Notes: generated by a model from the sequence alone, not told the origin. DNA of 64,000 nt from an uncultured Lachnospiraceae bacterium (GCA_902781505.1 CACZJL010000007.1:5869-69868), one strand, 5' to 3'; shown: positions 27,733 to 38,504, counted from the first letter of the stretch. Numbers and translations: made by a program.

Positions 27733-28517
27733 AATACACCTCCGTTTGCTCTTCCATAGTCCTGATAATCTCTGTTTCGTAAGCCTTCTGCATAAGCAAG
27801 CACAGCAGCAGCCTTCTCAAAATCTGAGTAATCGCCCTTACTGATAGCGGCTTCAAATCCTGCATAGCCTTCCTCTGCATGCTTTTCAGATAAAAGGCCC
27901 TTAAGACGGCATGCCTTGAGGATTGCATAAGCCCCAATCAGAGTAGCTGCTTTTGAATCTCCGTAAAGGCCTGTCTCTTCATTCTTTTCAGCTGCAAAAT
28001 TTATGTATGCCGCTTTAAAGCACTTTAAGCAGCCATCAAAGTATTCATATACCATCTGATTCATTATGCTTGCTGCATCTACACAGGCAGCCATGTAAAG
28101 TGCGGTATCTAATGCATCTGTTGTTTCAGTATCGGCGAAAGCCTTATAGATTCCGTTGTATCTCTCCATACCGCCAAGTTTTGTTTCATAATTCATGAAG
28201 AAAACAAGTCTTTCATATGCAAACTTTCCATCTTTTGTTTCTTCTGACTTCAGAAGTTCCGCTTTTTTTAGCACTGATTCTTTATTTGCTTCATCCCCAG
28301 CAGTTAAAAGCACGTTTCCTCCTGCAGTCGTATCATTGTTCGCCTTTTTAGCGAGTGACACGGCTTTTAAAGCCATGCCCTTATCATCAGTCACATGAGC
28401 GAGGGAAGCGAGAGCATTTGCCGCTACTTCCAAAGTCAGGACGTCTTTTCCATCAATTGCTGCAACAGAAGCTGCAAATGCATTCACTTCTGTTTCATAT
28501 TTTTTGAATCGTTCCAC
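27723..28517 (-). CDS. Short GH88/GH105-like (alpha/alpha)6-barrel-related protein, function unknown
   Basis: The 264-aa product has a GTG start 7 nt after AAGGAGG. Segments such as FFMNYETKLGG and ATLIGAYAILKACRLKGLLSEKHAEEGYAGFEAAIS resemble unsaturated rhamnogalacturonyl hydrolase (YteR-like) helices. The protein is roughly 100 aa shorter than my recollection of those enzymes. Confidence 0.35.
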   Translation of the reverse strand: MERFKKYETEVNAFAASVAAIDGKDVLTLEVAANALASLAHVTDDKGMALKAVSLAKKANNDTTAGGNVLLTAGDEANKESVLKKAELLKSEETKDGKFAYERLVFFMNYETKLGGMERYNGIYKAFADTETTDALDTALYMAACVDAASIMNQMVYEYFDGCLKCFKAAYINFAAEKNEETGLYGDSKAATLIGAYAILKACRLKGLLSEKHAEEGYAGFEAAISKGDYSDFEKAAAVLAYAEGLRNRDYQDYGRANGGVLWS

Positions 28518-28661
28518 GTTTCATCCTCCTTTATGCGTATTGAGGTTATTATATCAGATATTTTCAGTGTTTATCCATATTTTTGCCGTTACTTCTGCTG
28601 ATTTTCCATGTTTTTCGCCGTTTCTCGTTAGTACAAATTTTATCACACCTCTTCTAAGCGT

Positions 28662-28696
28662 AAAAAAAGCGGAAAAGCTTTTTCAAGCTTTCCCGC
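28662..28696 (-). terminator. Terminator after the sugar ABC importer genes
   Basis: The stem pairs GCGGAAAAGCTT (28669-28680) with AAGCTTTCCCGC (28685-28696), with one mismatch. Seven T residues follow on the minus strand. Confidence 0.75.
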
Positions 28697-28718
28697 CTTA
28701 AAAATTCATACGAAATAA

Positions 28719-29594
28719 TTACTCCTTAACGGCACCTACATTAACGCCCTTTACGAAGTAGTTCTGGCAGAATGGATAGATGATAGCGAATGGAAGAATA
28801 GCAACAATAACGGCTGCGTTATTGATTGTATTTGTAGAAATAACACCATCATCAGGAACATCGTTGTTAACAACCATGTTACGAAGCTTCATCTGGAAGT
28901 TGTACCACTTCTGATCGTTGATATAAATCTTGAAGTTTGTGTAATCGTTCCAGAACTGTACTGCATAGAACAGACCGATAGAAGCAAGAGCTGCCTTTGA
29001 AAGTGGAAGAACAATCTTGAAGAATGTTCCCATTGGTGAACAACCATCAATGGAAGCAGCTTCGAACAGAGCTTCCGGAATACCTTCAAAGAAGTTTCTC
29101 ATCAGAACCAGGTTGTATACGTTAATAGCAAGCGGTAAGATAACCGCACCAAGTGTATTAAGTAAGTGAAGGTTCTGCATAACGAGGTACTTAGGAATCA
29201 TACCACCATCGAAAATCATGGTGAAGAGGAGCATGTAAGCGAAGAAGTTTCTTCCCGGCATCTCCCACTGAATCAGAACATAAGCACCAAGAGTAGCAAG
29301 TAACAGACCGAGGAATGTACCTACTAATGTTGTAATAACAGAAATTATAAATGGTCTGTAAAGACCTGGGTTTGTAATAATTGTTGTATAACCACCGAGT
29401 GAGAACTGCTGTGGCCATAAAGACATACCATATCCGGCCTTACCATCGAAGGAATCGACGATAACCTTCCAGATAGGGACAATAATGATCAGAGAAATAA
29501 GGATAAAGATCAGTCCATTGATAATAGGAAAGAGCTTAAACTTTTTCTTCTTTTCATTTAAAGTAATACCATTGATAACTTTAACTTTACTCAT
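28719..29594 (-). CDS. Carbohydrate ABC transporter permease (LplC-like)
   Basis: The 291-aa, 6-TM product has an EAA-type loop (EAASIDGCSPMGTFFKIVLP). Confidence 0.88.
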   Translation of the reverse strand: MSKVKVINGITLNEKKKKFKLFPIINGLIFILISLIIIVPIWKVIVDSFDGKAGYGMSLWPQQFSLGGYTTIITNPGLYRPFIISVITTLVGTFLGLLLATLGAYVLIQWEMPGRNFFAYMLLFTMIFDGGMIPKYLVMQNLHLLNTLGAVILPLAINVYNLVLMRNFFEGIPEALFEAASIDGCSPMGTFFKIVLPLSKAALASIGLFYAVQFWNDYTNFKIYINDQKWYNFQMKLRNMVVNNDVPDDGVISTNTINNAAVIVAILPFAIIYPFCQNYFVKGVNVGAVKE

Positions 29595-29609
29595 TTTCTA
29601 TCCTCCTCC

Positions 29610-31079
29610 TTAGACAATACCACGGCCGCGGACTTTCTTAGAAGCATAGTTGCAGCTGAGGACAAGAATCATACCAACAAAGGATTTGAACAGACCGATT
29701 GCAGTTGTATAACCGAAATCAGAAGTACCGGCACCGAATGTCTTAAAGTATACATAAGTCTGTAATACCTGTGCTACATCATTAACAGAGTCATTCTGTA
29801 ATACGAATACAGATTCGAACAGGTTCATAACCTTAGCAAGGTTAAGAATGAATACTGTGATAATTGTGTTGTAAAGAGCTGGTAATGTGATGGAAACAAG
29901 CTTGTTCCAACGGTTAGCACCATCGATCTCAGCAGCCTCATAGAGGTCTGGAGATACACCGGAAAGTGTAGCCAGGAACAGAACTGTTGACCAACCTGTA
30001 TCCTTCCATACGTTGATGAAGAAGAATGTACCAACCCAAGTCTTAGGGTCACCTAACCAGAATGTTGGGTTATTTGCATCCATTAATCCGGCACTGATTA
30101 ACATGGAGTTAAACATACCTGAAGAGTTAACGGAAAGAAGAAGTCTGAAGATAGATGCTACTACTACCCATGACATGAAGTGAGGGAGGTAGATAATTGT
30201 CTGTACGGACTTCTTGAATAACAGATTTACAATCTCATTCAGAAGAAGTGAGATAATAACAGCTAAGCCTGTGTTCAGGATTAACTTAACAACAGACAGG
30301 AATAATGTGTTACGGAATGCCTGCCAGAAGTAGATATCATTGAAGATCATCTGATTGAAGTTCTTGAGACCTACATAGTATGGATTCATGATTACATACT
30401 TAGTGAACGCAAAACGAACGCCAAGCATTGGCCAGTAGTTAAACAGGCAGACCATGATGAATACTGGTAAAAACATAAGGTAGAAGAATCTGTAGTAGTA
30501 TACTTCTGCCCAAATATTCTTATTTAACTTGTTTGTAAGATACTTTGTATCTACGTTGCCCTTCTTCTTGAACTTAGCAACTACATCAATGAAGCAGCCG
30601 CAAACTGCAAGTACGAGACCAACAACAACAAGAATTGTACCTACACCGATAGAAACATGGTCTCCATTTAATCCGTTGGAAAGGAGATCTGGAAGCTTAT
30701 AAAGCTTGAAGTTGTTTCTTGCTGTGTAGTGACGGAAATCAATTGCAAAGAAACTTGCGAAAAATACAACAAGAGCAAGTCCTGTGGAAATCCAGCTGAA
30801 TTTATCCTTCTTTGCTACTAATAAAACAATTGAAACAATACCTAATGCTAAGAATACGTACCACATTGCTGCGATATCGATGTTCATGAAGGAGAAAGCC
30901 TTAGCAATTGCACCTTCTTCTGTATCCTGCGCAAATGGAAGTAATGATCCGATAAGTGCAAGGATAACACCAACAATAGCGATTACCTTAACATTCTTTT
31001 CTTCAGCAACACGAGTTCCGCACTTAGGGCAGATCTGCGCATGCTTTGGTAATTCAGCGCCGCAATTCTTACATTGCAT
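29610..31079 (-). CDS. Carbohydrate ABC transporter permease (LplB-like) fused to an N-terminal zinc ribbon plus four extra TM helices
   Basis: The N-terminus MQCKNCGAELPKHAQICPKCGTRV has a CxxC...CxxC arrangement and is followed by about 160 aa of extra membrane domain. A canonical permease core follows (EAAEIDGANRWNKLVSITLP). Confidence 0.85.
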   Translation of the reverse strand: MQCKNCGAELPKHAQICPKCGTRVAEEKNVKVIAIVGVILALIGSLLPFAQDTEEGAIAKAFSFMNIDIAAMWYVFLALGIVSIVLLVAKKDKFSWISTGLALVVFFASFFAIDFRHYTARNNFKLYKLPDLLSNGLNGDHVSIGVGTILVVVGLVLAVCGCFIDVVAKFKKKGNVDTKYLTNKLNKNIWAEVYYYRFFYLMFLPVFIMVCLFNYWPMLGVRFAFTKYVIMNPYYVGLKNFNQMIFNDIYFWQAFRNTLFLSVVKLILNTGLAVIISLLLNEIVNLLFKKSVQTIIYLPHFMSWVVVASIFRLLLSVNSSGMFNSMLISAGLMDANNPTFWLGDPKTWVGTFFFINVWKDTGWSTVLFLATLSGVSPDLYEAAEIDGANRWNKLVSITLPALYNTIITVFILNLAKVMNLFESVFVLQNDSVNDVAQVLQTYVYFKTFGAGTSDFGYTTAIGLFKSFVGMILVLSCNYASKKVRGRGIV

Positions 31080-31120
31080 CTTAAATACCTTCTTTCATAT
31101 GAATTTCACTCTTAAAAATG

Positions 31121-31160
31121 CCACCTCCAGATGGTGAATTACTCTGCCATCTGAAGGTGG
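31121..31160 (-). other. Intercistronic stem-loop between the SBP and permease genes
   Basis: A 14-bp stem pairs CCACCTCCAGATGG (31121-31134) with CCATCTGAAGGTGG (31147-31160), with one non-Watson-Crick position. A short T-run follows on the minus strand. Confidence 0.6.
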
Positions 31161-31200
31161 TAACTGTAATCTTAAATCAAAGTGATCAACTTAAGACAAA

Positions 31201-32784
31201 TTACTTAGCAGCAGCATTTAAAGACTTAGTAACTGTTTCAACAGCAGAGCCAACAGTCTTTGTGTATGTTGCCATAGCATCGTTAACGGATACACCGTTA
31301 AGAGCTACATCAGCTACAGCCTTCTTACGAGCTGTGTTGATATCTGTGATGTTATCTGTGTACTCAGGTGTAGCAGGAACGTTTACTGTAACCTTAGAGT
31401 TATCAGCAAAGAACTGCTGAGATGTAAGAGCAACCTTAGAAAGTACAGATTCAGCCGGGTTCTTATCCTTGAAGTTAGCTAACATAAGAAGTGTATCGAT
31501 GTGATTCTTCTTATTAAGTGTAGATGGCTTCTGAGGAGATGGAAGGTAATGGAATTCGCCTTCCTTATATTCTGTACCAGTATCCTTACCCTGAAGTGTT
31601 ACTGTTTCAGCCTTTGTATCCCAGTGAGTTCCCTTAGCACCGAAGCACCATAATGTCTGAACATCACCACCGTCAAGCATTGTATCAAGGAAGTACTTGA
31701 AGATGCCTTCTGGATTTGTTGCATGAGTTGTGATTGCCCAAGCTGGAGCAACACGTTCAACGTAAGAACCCATTTCCTTGATTGGCTTTAACTCGATGAG
31801 TTCGCTATCAAGACCATGAGACTTAAGGTTGGACTCAAGTGTATCCATCCATGTACCAGCCCAGTATGTGAATACGCCTGACTCAGCAGCCTTATCTGAA
31901 GAGTAGAACTTATCACGAGCGTTGGCTGTAGAGTTGTTGATTGTTTCCTTATCGATGATACCTTCATTTACAGCTGTCTGAATTCTCTGAAGAGCATCCT
32001 TCATAGCCTGCTGCTGGAAACCATCAACCCACTTACCTGTGGAATCCTGTGTGAAATCGTACTGAGCCTGCTGATAGAATTCAGGCAGGTAGTTTGTCCA
32101 AGGAGCTTCATTTCCGATGAATCCTGCTGTAGAGATTACATAAGAATGTCCTTCCTTTAACTTCTTGAGCATGTCATAGTACTCAGAGAATGTAAGTGTC
32201 TTGTTAGCAACATCATCAGGATTGTAGCCAGCAGTTTTTAACCAAGCAGACTTAACATAAGTTACACAACCATTACCACGAGCCGGTGTGAATGCGTAAA
32301 GCTTAGAAACGCCATCTACGCCTGGAGTCTTAAGAGCTTCAACGTTCTCAACGGCACCGGTAACAAGTCTTCCGCTTGCCTTTGTTGCAGAGTTGTTCCA
32401 TGCATCTGTCATATCCCAGAGGAAACCGTTAGATGCGTAAGATGTGTAGTGGTTACCGGAAAGGATAACTACGTCTGGCATTGTGTCATTGGACTGGAAT
32501 GCGTTAGCAACCTGATCATAGTAACCAGAGTGGTCTGGCTGTACCCAGTTGATAGCACCCTTAAGGCCTGTAGCCTCTTCTAACTGATCACGGAAGTCCT
32601 GACCACCGTTATCAAGTGTTACTACTGTACCATCCATCATTACTGTGAACTTGTCTGGCTTTGTAATTTCCTTGCTTGCTGCAGCTGAAGAACTCTTATT
32701 AGAATCTGTTCCACATGCTGCAAGACTTGCTACTGATGTAAGTACTAAACCTACTGCTGTAGCCTTCTTCATTGTCTTTTTCAT
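31201..32784 (-). CDS. Extracellular solute-binding lipoprotein of a sugar ABC importer (LplA-like)
   Basis: The 527-aa product has a lipoprotein signal with the lipobox SLAAC. Its large size is typical of LplA-type SBPs. It is the first gene of the SBP-permease-permease set. Confidence 0.85.
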   Translation of the reverse strand: MKKTMKKATAVGLVLTSVASLAACGTDSNKSSSAAASKEITKPDKFTVMMDGTVVTLDNGGQDFRDQLEEATGLKGAINWVQPDHSGYYDQVANAFQSNDTMPDVVILSGNHYTSYASNGFLWDMTDAWNNSATKASGRLVTGAVENVEALKTPGVDGVSKLYAFTPARGNGCVTYVKSAWLKTAGYNPDDVANKTLTFSEYYDMLKKLKEGHSYVISTAGFIGNEAPWTNYLPEFYQQAQYDFTQDSTGKWVDGFQQQAMKDALQRIQTAVNEGIIDKETINNSTANARDKFYSSDKAAESGVFTYWAGTWMDTLESNLKSHGLDSELIELKPIKEMGSYVERVAPAWAITTHATNPEGIFKYFLDTMLDGGDVQTLWCFGAKGTHWDTKAETVTLQGKDTGTEYKEGEFHYLPSPQKPSTLNKKNHIDTLLMLANFKDKNPAESVLSKVALTSQQFFADNSKVTVNVPATPEYTDNITDINTARKKAVADVALNGVSVNDAMATYTKTVGSAVETVTKSLNAAAK

Positions 32785-33197
32785 AGACCTAAAACCCTCC
32801 TTTAGTTCTTGAGAGCTCCCCAGCTCTCTTTTGAGATTTTATCGACAGTGTTATGTTAGCACCTTTGTGCGTTTTGCACAAGACTTTTTTTACAAAAAAA
32901 GCTCGTTTTTCTTGCTTCTTTTGTGCAAGTCTGTAGAAGCCAGTGTTTATGTGGGTTTCAGAAGTGTCATTTTTAACTTGCATATCTGACATTCCACAAT
33001 GGGACCTTTTTCGCATTCGTTTTTGGAAGCATTTTCATCCTGTTCTTCTTTATTCGTTTTGTACAATTTAAAATGTTTACTTTGATTTTTTTATGTGCAC
33101 TATTGAAGTTTTCGGACAGGTTTTACATTTATTTTATTTCTTTTGTGCTTTTTACATATCAGCAAATCGTGCCATACTGATATACCAGCATGTCCTC

Positions 33198-33842
33198 TTA
33201 AGTAATAAAATGAACCGCACCATCGTCGGAAACATAGTATTTAAGCGGATCTGATACTATCTCGGTATGACTTGCCCCGGTAATTTCATTCAATTTTTCC
33301 CTGAAAGCTGAAAATACTTCCACCGAAGAAAGTATTTTCATTGTCACACCTGCACCATATTCGTTTCCAAGTACGACCATATCCATGGTTCTTATCAGAT
33401 GCTCTGCCTTACCCGCCTGCGCATAGTCCATGCCAAGTTCCACCCTGACGCCGGTTCTGACTTCTGCAGTCCCGGAGGCCTTAAGGCCAAGTGCCGCTGC
33501 ACCCCCATAGGCGCGTGTAAGTCCTCCGGTTCCAAGTAAGGTTCCTCCGAAGTATCTCGTAACAATGATTAAGGTATTCGTCATTTCTTCATTTTTCAGA
33601 AGTTCAAGCACCGGTCTTCCGCCTGTTCCTTGCGGTTCTCCGTCATCGGAGAATCTGGCTATTTTCTGGTTTTCTCCACAAATGTATGCATAGACATGAT
33701 GTCTTGCATCCCAATATTTCTTCTTCACAGATTCTAAAATTGCCGGTGCCTCCTCCTCTGAATGCAGAGGGAAGACATCGGCAATGAATCGTGATTTCTT
33801 TTCTGTCAGCTCATCTGAGCCGGCTTTATAAGTAATCTTCAT
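33198..33842 (-). CDS. YigZ/IMPACT family protein
   Basis: Family motifs KKSRFIA, DDGEPQGTGGRPVL and RYFGGTLLGTGGLTRAYG are present. Confidence 0.88.
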   Translation of the reverse strand: MKITYKAGSDELTEKKSRFIADVFPLHSEEEAPAILESVKKKYWDARHHVYAYICGENQKIARFSDDGEPQGTGGRPVLELLKNEEMTNTLIIVTRYFGGTLLGTGGLTRAYGGAAALGLKASGTAEVRTGVRVELGMDYAQAGKAEHLIRTMDMVVLGNEYGAGVTMKILSSVEVFSAFREKLNEITGASHTEIVSDPLKYYVSDDGAVHFIT

Positions 33843-33849
33843 AATTCAA

Positions 33850-35217
33850 TTAGTGGCCGGAAACATATTTATCTGCTTCCTCAATATAGGTGCTTGATTT
33901 AAAATCATTTACAATTATCTGATAATACTTCTTAGCATTCGCTGTATCAGATGCCTGTTCATACGCCTTCGCTGCATTATAAACATAGTCAGCCTGCGTT
34001 GTATCACAGCGGAATGCTCTTGCGAACTCAACAGCTGCCTGTGCGTAATTATTCGCAGCTGATAAGGATTTAGCTTTGTCCGCAATTGCGCTAACCTGTC
34101 CTGTCATAACCGGCGAAAGCTTATTGTAAAGATTCTTAGCCTGATCTGATGTAAGTACGCTGATATCTTCGATATCAGCAAGATTTTCTGCCGTTTCAAG
34201 ATTATTATTGTTCAAAGAAGCAGATGCTGCTGCAACAAGCGAATTTAAAGCCTTTGCAGAACCGCCTGCAGTCTGGGAAGAGCTGTTCTGATATGCATCT
34301 CTTTCCTTTGTCACCGCATCAAGCTGTGACTGAAGGGAATTGATCTGCGCATTGCTGTCAGAAAGCTGTTCACTGTAATTCTGTATATCTGAGTTGAAAT
34401 TGGCTTTTACACCACGAACCTTTGCAGGTACAATCAATGCCCAGATTAAGACCGCTCCAATCGCTGCACCAACCAGTACATTTACCACGCTCGCAGCCCC
34501 ATTACTTGGTGTACGATATCCGCCACGCGGGATAATGACATCATTACCGTTCAATGGTCTCTCAACAGTCTTTTCTTTCTTTTCTCTTCCGCCCTTACGT
34601 TCTCTGACCATGGACTGAACCTCTTCCATATAGGAAAGAGCAAGCGTATTGTTGTGGTCAATTTTAAGAATCACACTCAGATGTCTCTTTGCTCTGATGT
34701 AATCTTTCTTAGCAAGATAGAGCAGAGAAATCAGAAGCTGAGCCTGAATCAGACCCGGATTCTGTGCGGTGATTTTCTTCAGCTGAATCATCGCCATATC
34801 TCTGTTTCCGTTCTGTACATACTTCAAAGAAAGATTATACTTCTTAATTGCTTCTGTTATCTCATTGAAATGTGCATCATCTGAACGAACTGCTTCAATG
34901 TATTCTCCGGCCAGGTTATTCTCCGGCTGAATATTTTTGCTGATTACCCACTGGCTCAGAGCCTCAACGACCACACCTAGTTCAAGATAAACAAGTCCAA
35001 GCAGATTTCTTCCCGGAATATTTCTCTTATCCAGAGCAAGAGCTGTTTTTAATGACTCACAGGCACCGGTGAGGTCTCGCACCTTAGCCTTTTCAAGTCC
35101 TCTGTTATAATACGCGTTTGATACCCTCGCAATTTTACGATAGATGGCAACATCTGCTCCGCAGTTCGGGCAAATATCACCGTCAGCGAGGACCGCTCCG
35201 CAATAATTACATTTCAT
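33850..35217 (-). CDS. Zinc-ribbon, TPR-repeat membrane protein
   Basis: The N-terminus MKCNYCGAVLADGDICPNCGADV is followed by TPR-like repeats, one TM segment (VVNVLVGAAIGAVLIWALIV), a Q/S-rich coiled segment and a C-terminal TPR-like region. The ATG at 35217 is preferred over the TTG at 35223. Confidence 0.7.
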   Translation of the reverse strand: MKCNYCGAVLADGDICPNCGADVAIYRKIARVSNAYYNRGLEKAKVRDLTGACESLKTALALDKRNIPGRNLLGLVYLELGVVVEALSQWVISKNIQPENNLAGEYIEAVRSDDAHFNEITEAIKKYNLSLKYVQNGNRDMAMIQLKKITAQNPGLIQAQLLISLLYLAKKDYIRAKRHLSVILKIDHNNTLALSYMEEVQSMVRERKGGREKKEKTVERPLNGNDVIIPRGGYRTPSNGAASVVNVLVGAAIGAVLIWALIVPAKVRGVKANFNSDIQNYSEQLSDSNAQINSLQSQLDAVTKERDAYQNSSSQTAGGSAKALNSLVAAASASLNNNNLETAENLADIEDISVLTSDQAKNLYNKLSPVMTGQVSAIADKAKSLSAANNYAQAAVEFARAFRCDTTQADYVYNAAKAYEQASDTANAKKYYQIIVNDFKSSTYIEEADKYVSGH

Positions 35218-35219
35218 GC

Positions 35220-35387
35220 TCAACTTCTCCTCTTACGATCGGCTGCCGTTCTTTTATCGTTATCCTCAACCAGTCTGCTGATCAGTTCCGTGAGATCCGG
35301 TGCATCTGAGTTATAGATTTCGTCCTCAGTCTCTTCGATTTCAAGACTGCGCTGAAACTTTTTGATTTCATCTTCAAAATTAATCAT
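35220..35387 (-). CDS. Small acidic protein, 55 aa (too short for the ORF track)
   Basis: The ATG at 35387 lies 7 nt after AAGAGG. The translation is MINFEDEIKKFQRSLEIEETEDEIYNSDAPDLTELISRLVEDNDKRTAADRKRRS. Its TGA stop at 35220-35222 is 2 nt from the next start codon. Confidence 0.45.
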   Translation of the reverse strand: MINFEDEIKKFQRSLEIEETEDEIYNSDAPDLTELISRLVEDNDKRTAADRKRRS

Positions 35388-35444
35388 AATCAAACCTCTT
35401 TCTCTTTATAAAAGGCAATATATATCAATTTTACCTTTGCGTCA

Positions 35445-35489
35445 GAAAAAAAGCAAGGGTCCTGCTCCCTTAATAAGGAAACAGGACCC
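35445..35489 (-). terminator. Terminator after gdhA
   Basis: The stem pairs GGGTCCTG (35457-35464) with CAGGACCC (35482-35489). A T-run follows on the minus strand. Confidence 0.75.
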
Positions 35490-35513
35490 GATAATTACAA
35501 TTAAAGATTTGAA

Positions 35514-36878
<1,365 letters not shown>

Positions 36879-37148
36879 TTATTTTCCCTTTCTCTGAAGG
36901 GGTTTACTTTTTACTGCTTTATTATATTAAAGTGTCCTAATTTTATCAAGTATTTTTTAATTTCATTTACTTTTTTAAAACAGAATCAAATTTTATTTAC
37001 GTAAATTTACCAAATCAAATGAATTCACCCCCTACGCTTTCAAAAGTTAATCAGCTTCTTAAGAATCGAAAGTTGAGCGGTTGACTTTAAAAAAACTTCT
37101 ACCTGTGTTATGCTTGCACAAGCTCAAAACACAGGAGAAAAATAAATA

Positions 37149-38504
37149 ATGGCATCTTTATCCGAGAGAATTGCGCATGCAATAATCGATTTAAAATATG
37201 TAACCAAGCCAACCGTTACACTCACCCCTAAAGGGAAGAGACGTAAGAAGCGGGGAATTTCTGTATTAATCGGATTAATTCTCACGACAATCTTCCTTTT
37301 ATCTCTGATTGGAGCTGTATTCCAGCTGTTACGGCTGAATGTACTTCCCACCTATCAGATTGTAATTGCAGGCATCATACTGGGACTAATCTGGCTTTAC
37401 TGCCTGCTCGGACAGTTCTCAAGAAAACGATTCAGAGGAAAGTTCCTTTCCTTTGTCTGTTCCGTACTGCTGCTTACAGCATTTGTCTTCTCATCCCAGA
37501 CATTGTCCGCATTAAACAAGATTTCTGTTGAATCAAAAGGAAAAGAAGTTACAAAAAAGGGAGACCCTTTCATCATCTACCTTTCCGGTAATGACGAAGA
37601 AGGTAAGGTAACAGAAAAAGGACGTTCCGACGTCAACATCCTCCTGGTAGCCAATCCCGAGACGAAGCAGATTCTTCTCGTCTCCACTCCTCGTGATTCT
37701 TACATCACGATGAGTAACAAGGATGGTATGACCGGATCAGACAAGCTCACTCACGCAAGTGTTTCCGGATTAAAGTATTCAGAAGAAGCACTTGAAAAAC
37801 TTTACAATATTAAGATCAACTATTACTTCCGTGTGAACTTCACCGGTGCTGTCGGTCTGGTAGATGCCCTTGGCGGTATCACAGTTGATTCAAGCGTTGC
37901 CTTTACCAATGGCGATGAGGCTGCACCTGAGAACTACTCTTTTGTGAAAGGCGAAAACGAACTCAACGGCGATCAGACACTTGCCTTTGTAAGAGAGCGT
38001 AAAGCCTTCCCAAATGGTGATTTCCAGCGTGGACAGAATCAGTCAGCTGCTATCAAGGGCATCATCAATAAAGTAACCAGCCCTGCTATCCTTCTTAGAT
38101 ACAGCCAGGTACTCGATGCATTTTCCGAGATGGTAATGACCGACATGCCAACCGCCATGATGACTTCCTTAGTTCAACAGCAGCTTAAGAATTCCTCAGA
38201 CTGGGAAATCACAAGCATTGAAACAACAGGTACTCCAGGATATGCAGATTGTGAGCTTTACGGCGTACAACACGCCTCAATTGTCAGTCTCGATTCTGCA
38301 AGCATCGCGGACACAAAGCGCCAGATCAATCAGGTTCTGAACGATGAAATTCCGACAGAGGCAACACCTGAACAGGCAACCACAGCCACAGGTTCTGCTT
38401 TCAAAACAACAGCTGCTGCATCCGCTTCCAAAACAACTGCGGCCAGCACCAAAACAACGACCGGCAAGGCTTCCGGCACCACAGCCACTAAACCTGCTGC
38501 TTAA
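37149..38504 (+). CDS. LCP (LytR-CpsA-Psr) family cell-wall glycopolymer transferase
   Basis: An N-terminal TM region precedes an LCP core (GRSDVNILLVANPETKQILLVSTPRDSY, then RERKAFPNGDFQRGQNQ). The C-terminal tail is low-complexity and Ala/Thr-rich. Confidence 0.85.
   Translation: MASLSERIAHAIIDLKYVTKPTVTLTPKGKRRKKRGISVLIGLILTTIFLLSLIGAVFQLLRLNVLPTYQIVIAGIILGLIWLYCLLGQFSRKRFRGKFLSFVCSVLLLTAFVFSSQTLSALNKISVESKGKEVTKKGDPFIIYLSGNDEEGKVTEKGRSDVNILLVANPETKQILLVSTPRDSYITMSNKDGMTGSDKLTHASVSGLKYSEEALEKLYNIKINYYFRVNFTGAVGLVDALGGITVDSSVAFTNGDEAAPENYSFVKGENELNGDQTLAFVRERKAFPNGDFQRGQNQSAAIKGIINKVTSPAILLRYSQVLDAFSEMVMTDMPTAMMTSLVQQQLKNSSDWEITSIETTGTPGYADCELYGVQHASIVSLDSASIADTKRQINQVLNDEIPTEATPEQATTATGSAFKTTAAASASKTTAASTKTTTGKASGTTATKPAA

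Noticed and set aside
32789-33016. A 75-aa minus-strand ORF just upstream of the SBP gene
   Set aside because: It covers the predicted promoter and operator of the importer, lacks an RBS, and ends only a few nt upstream of the SBP start codon. I treat it as a non-coding leader.
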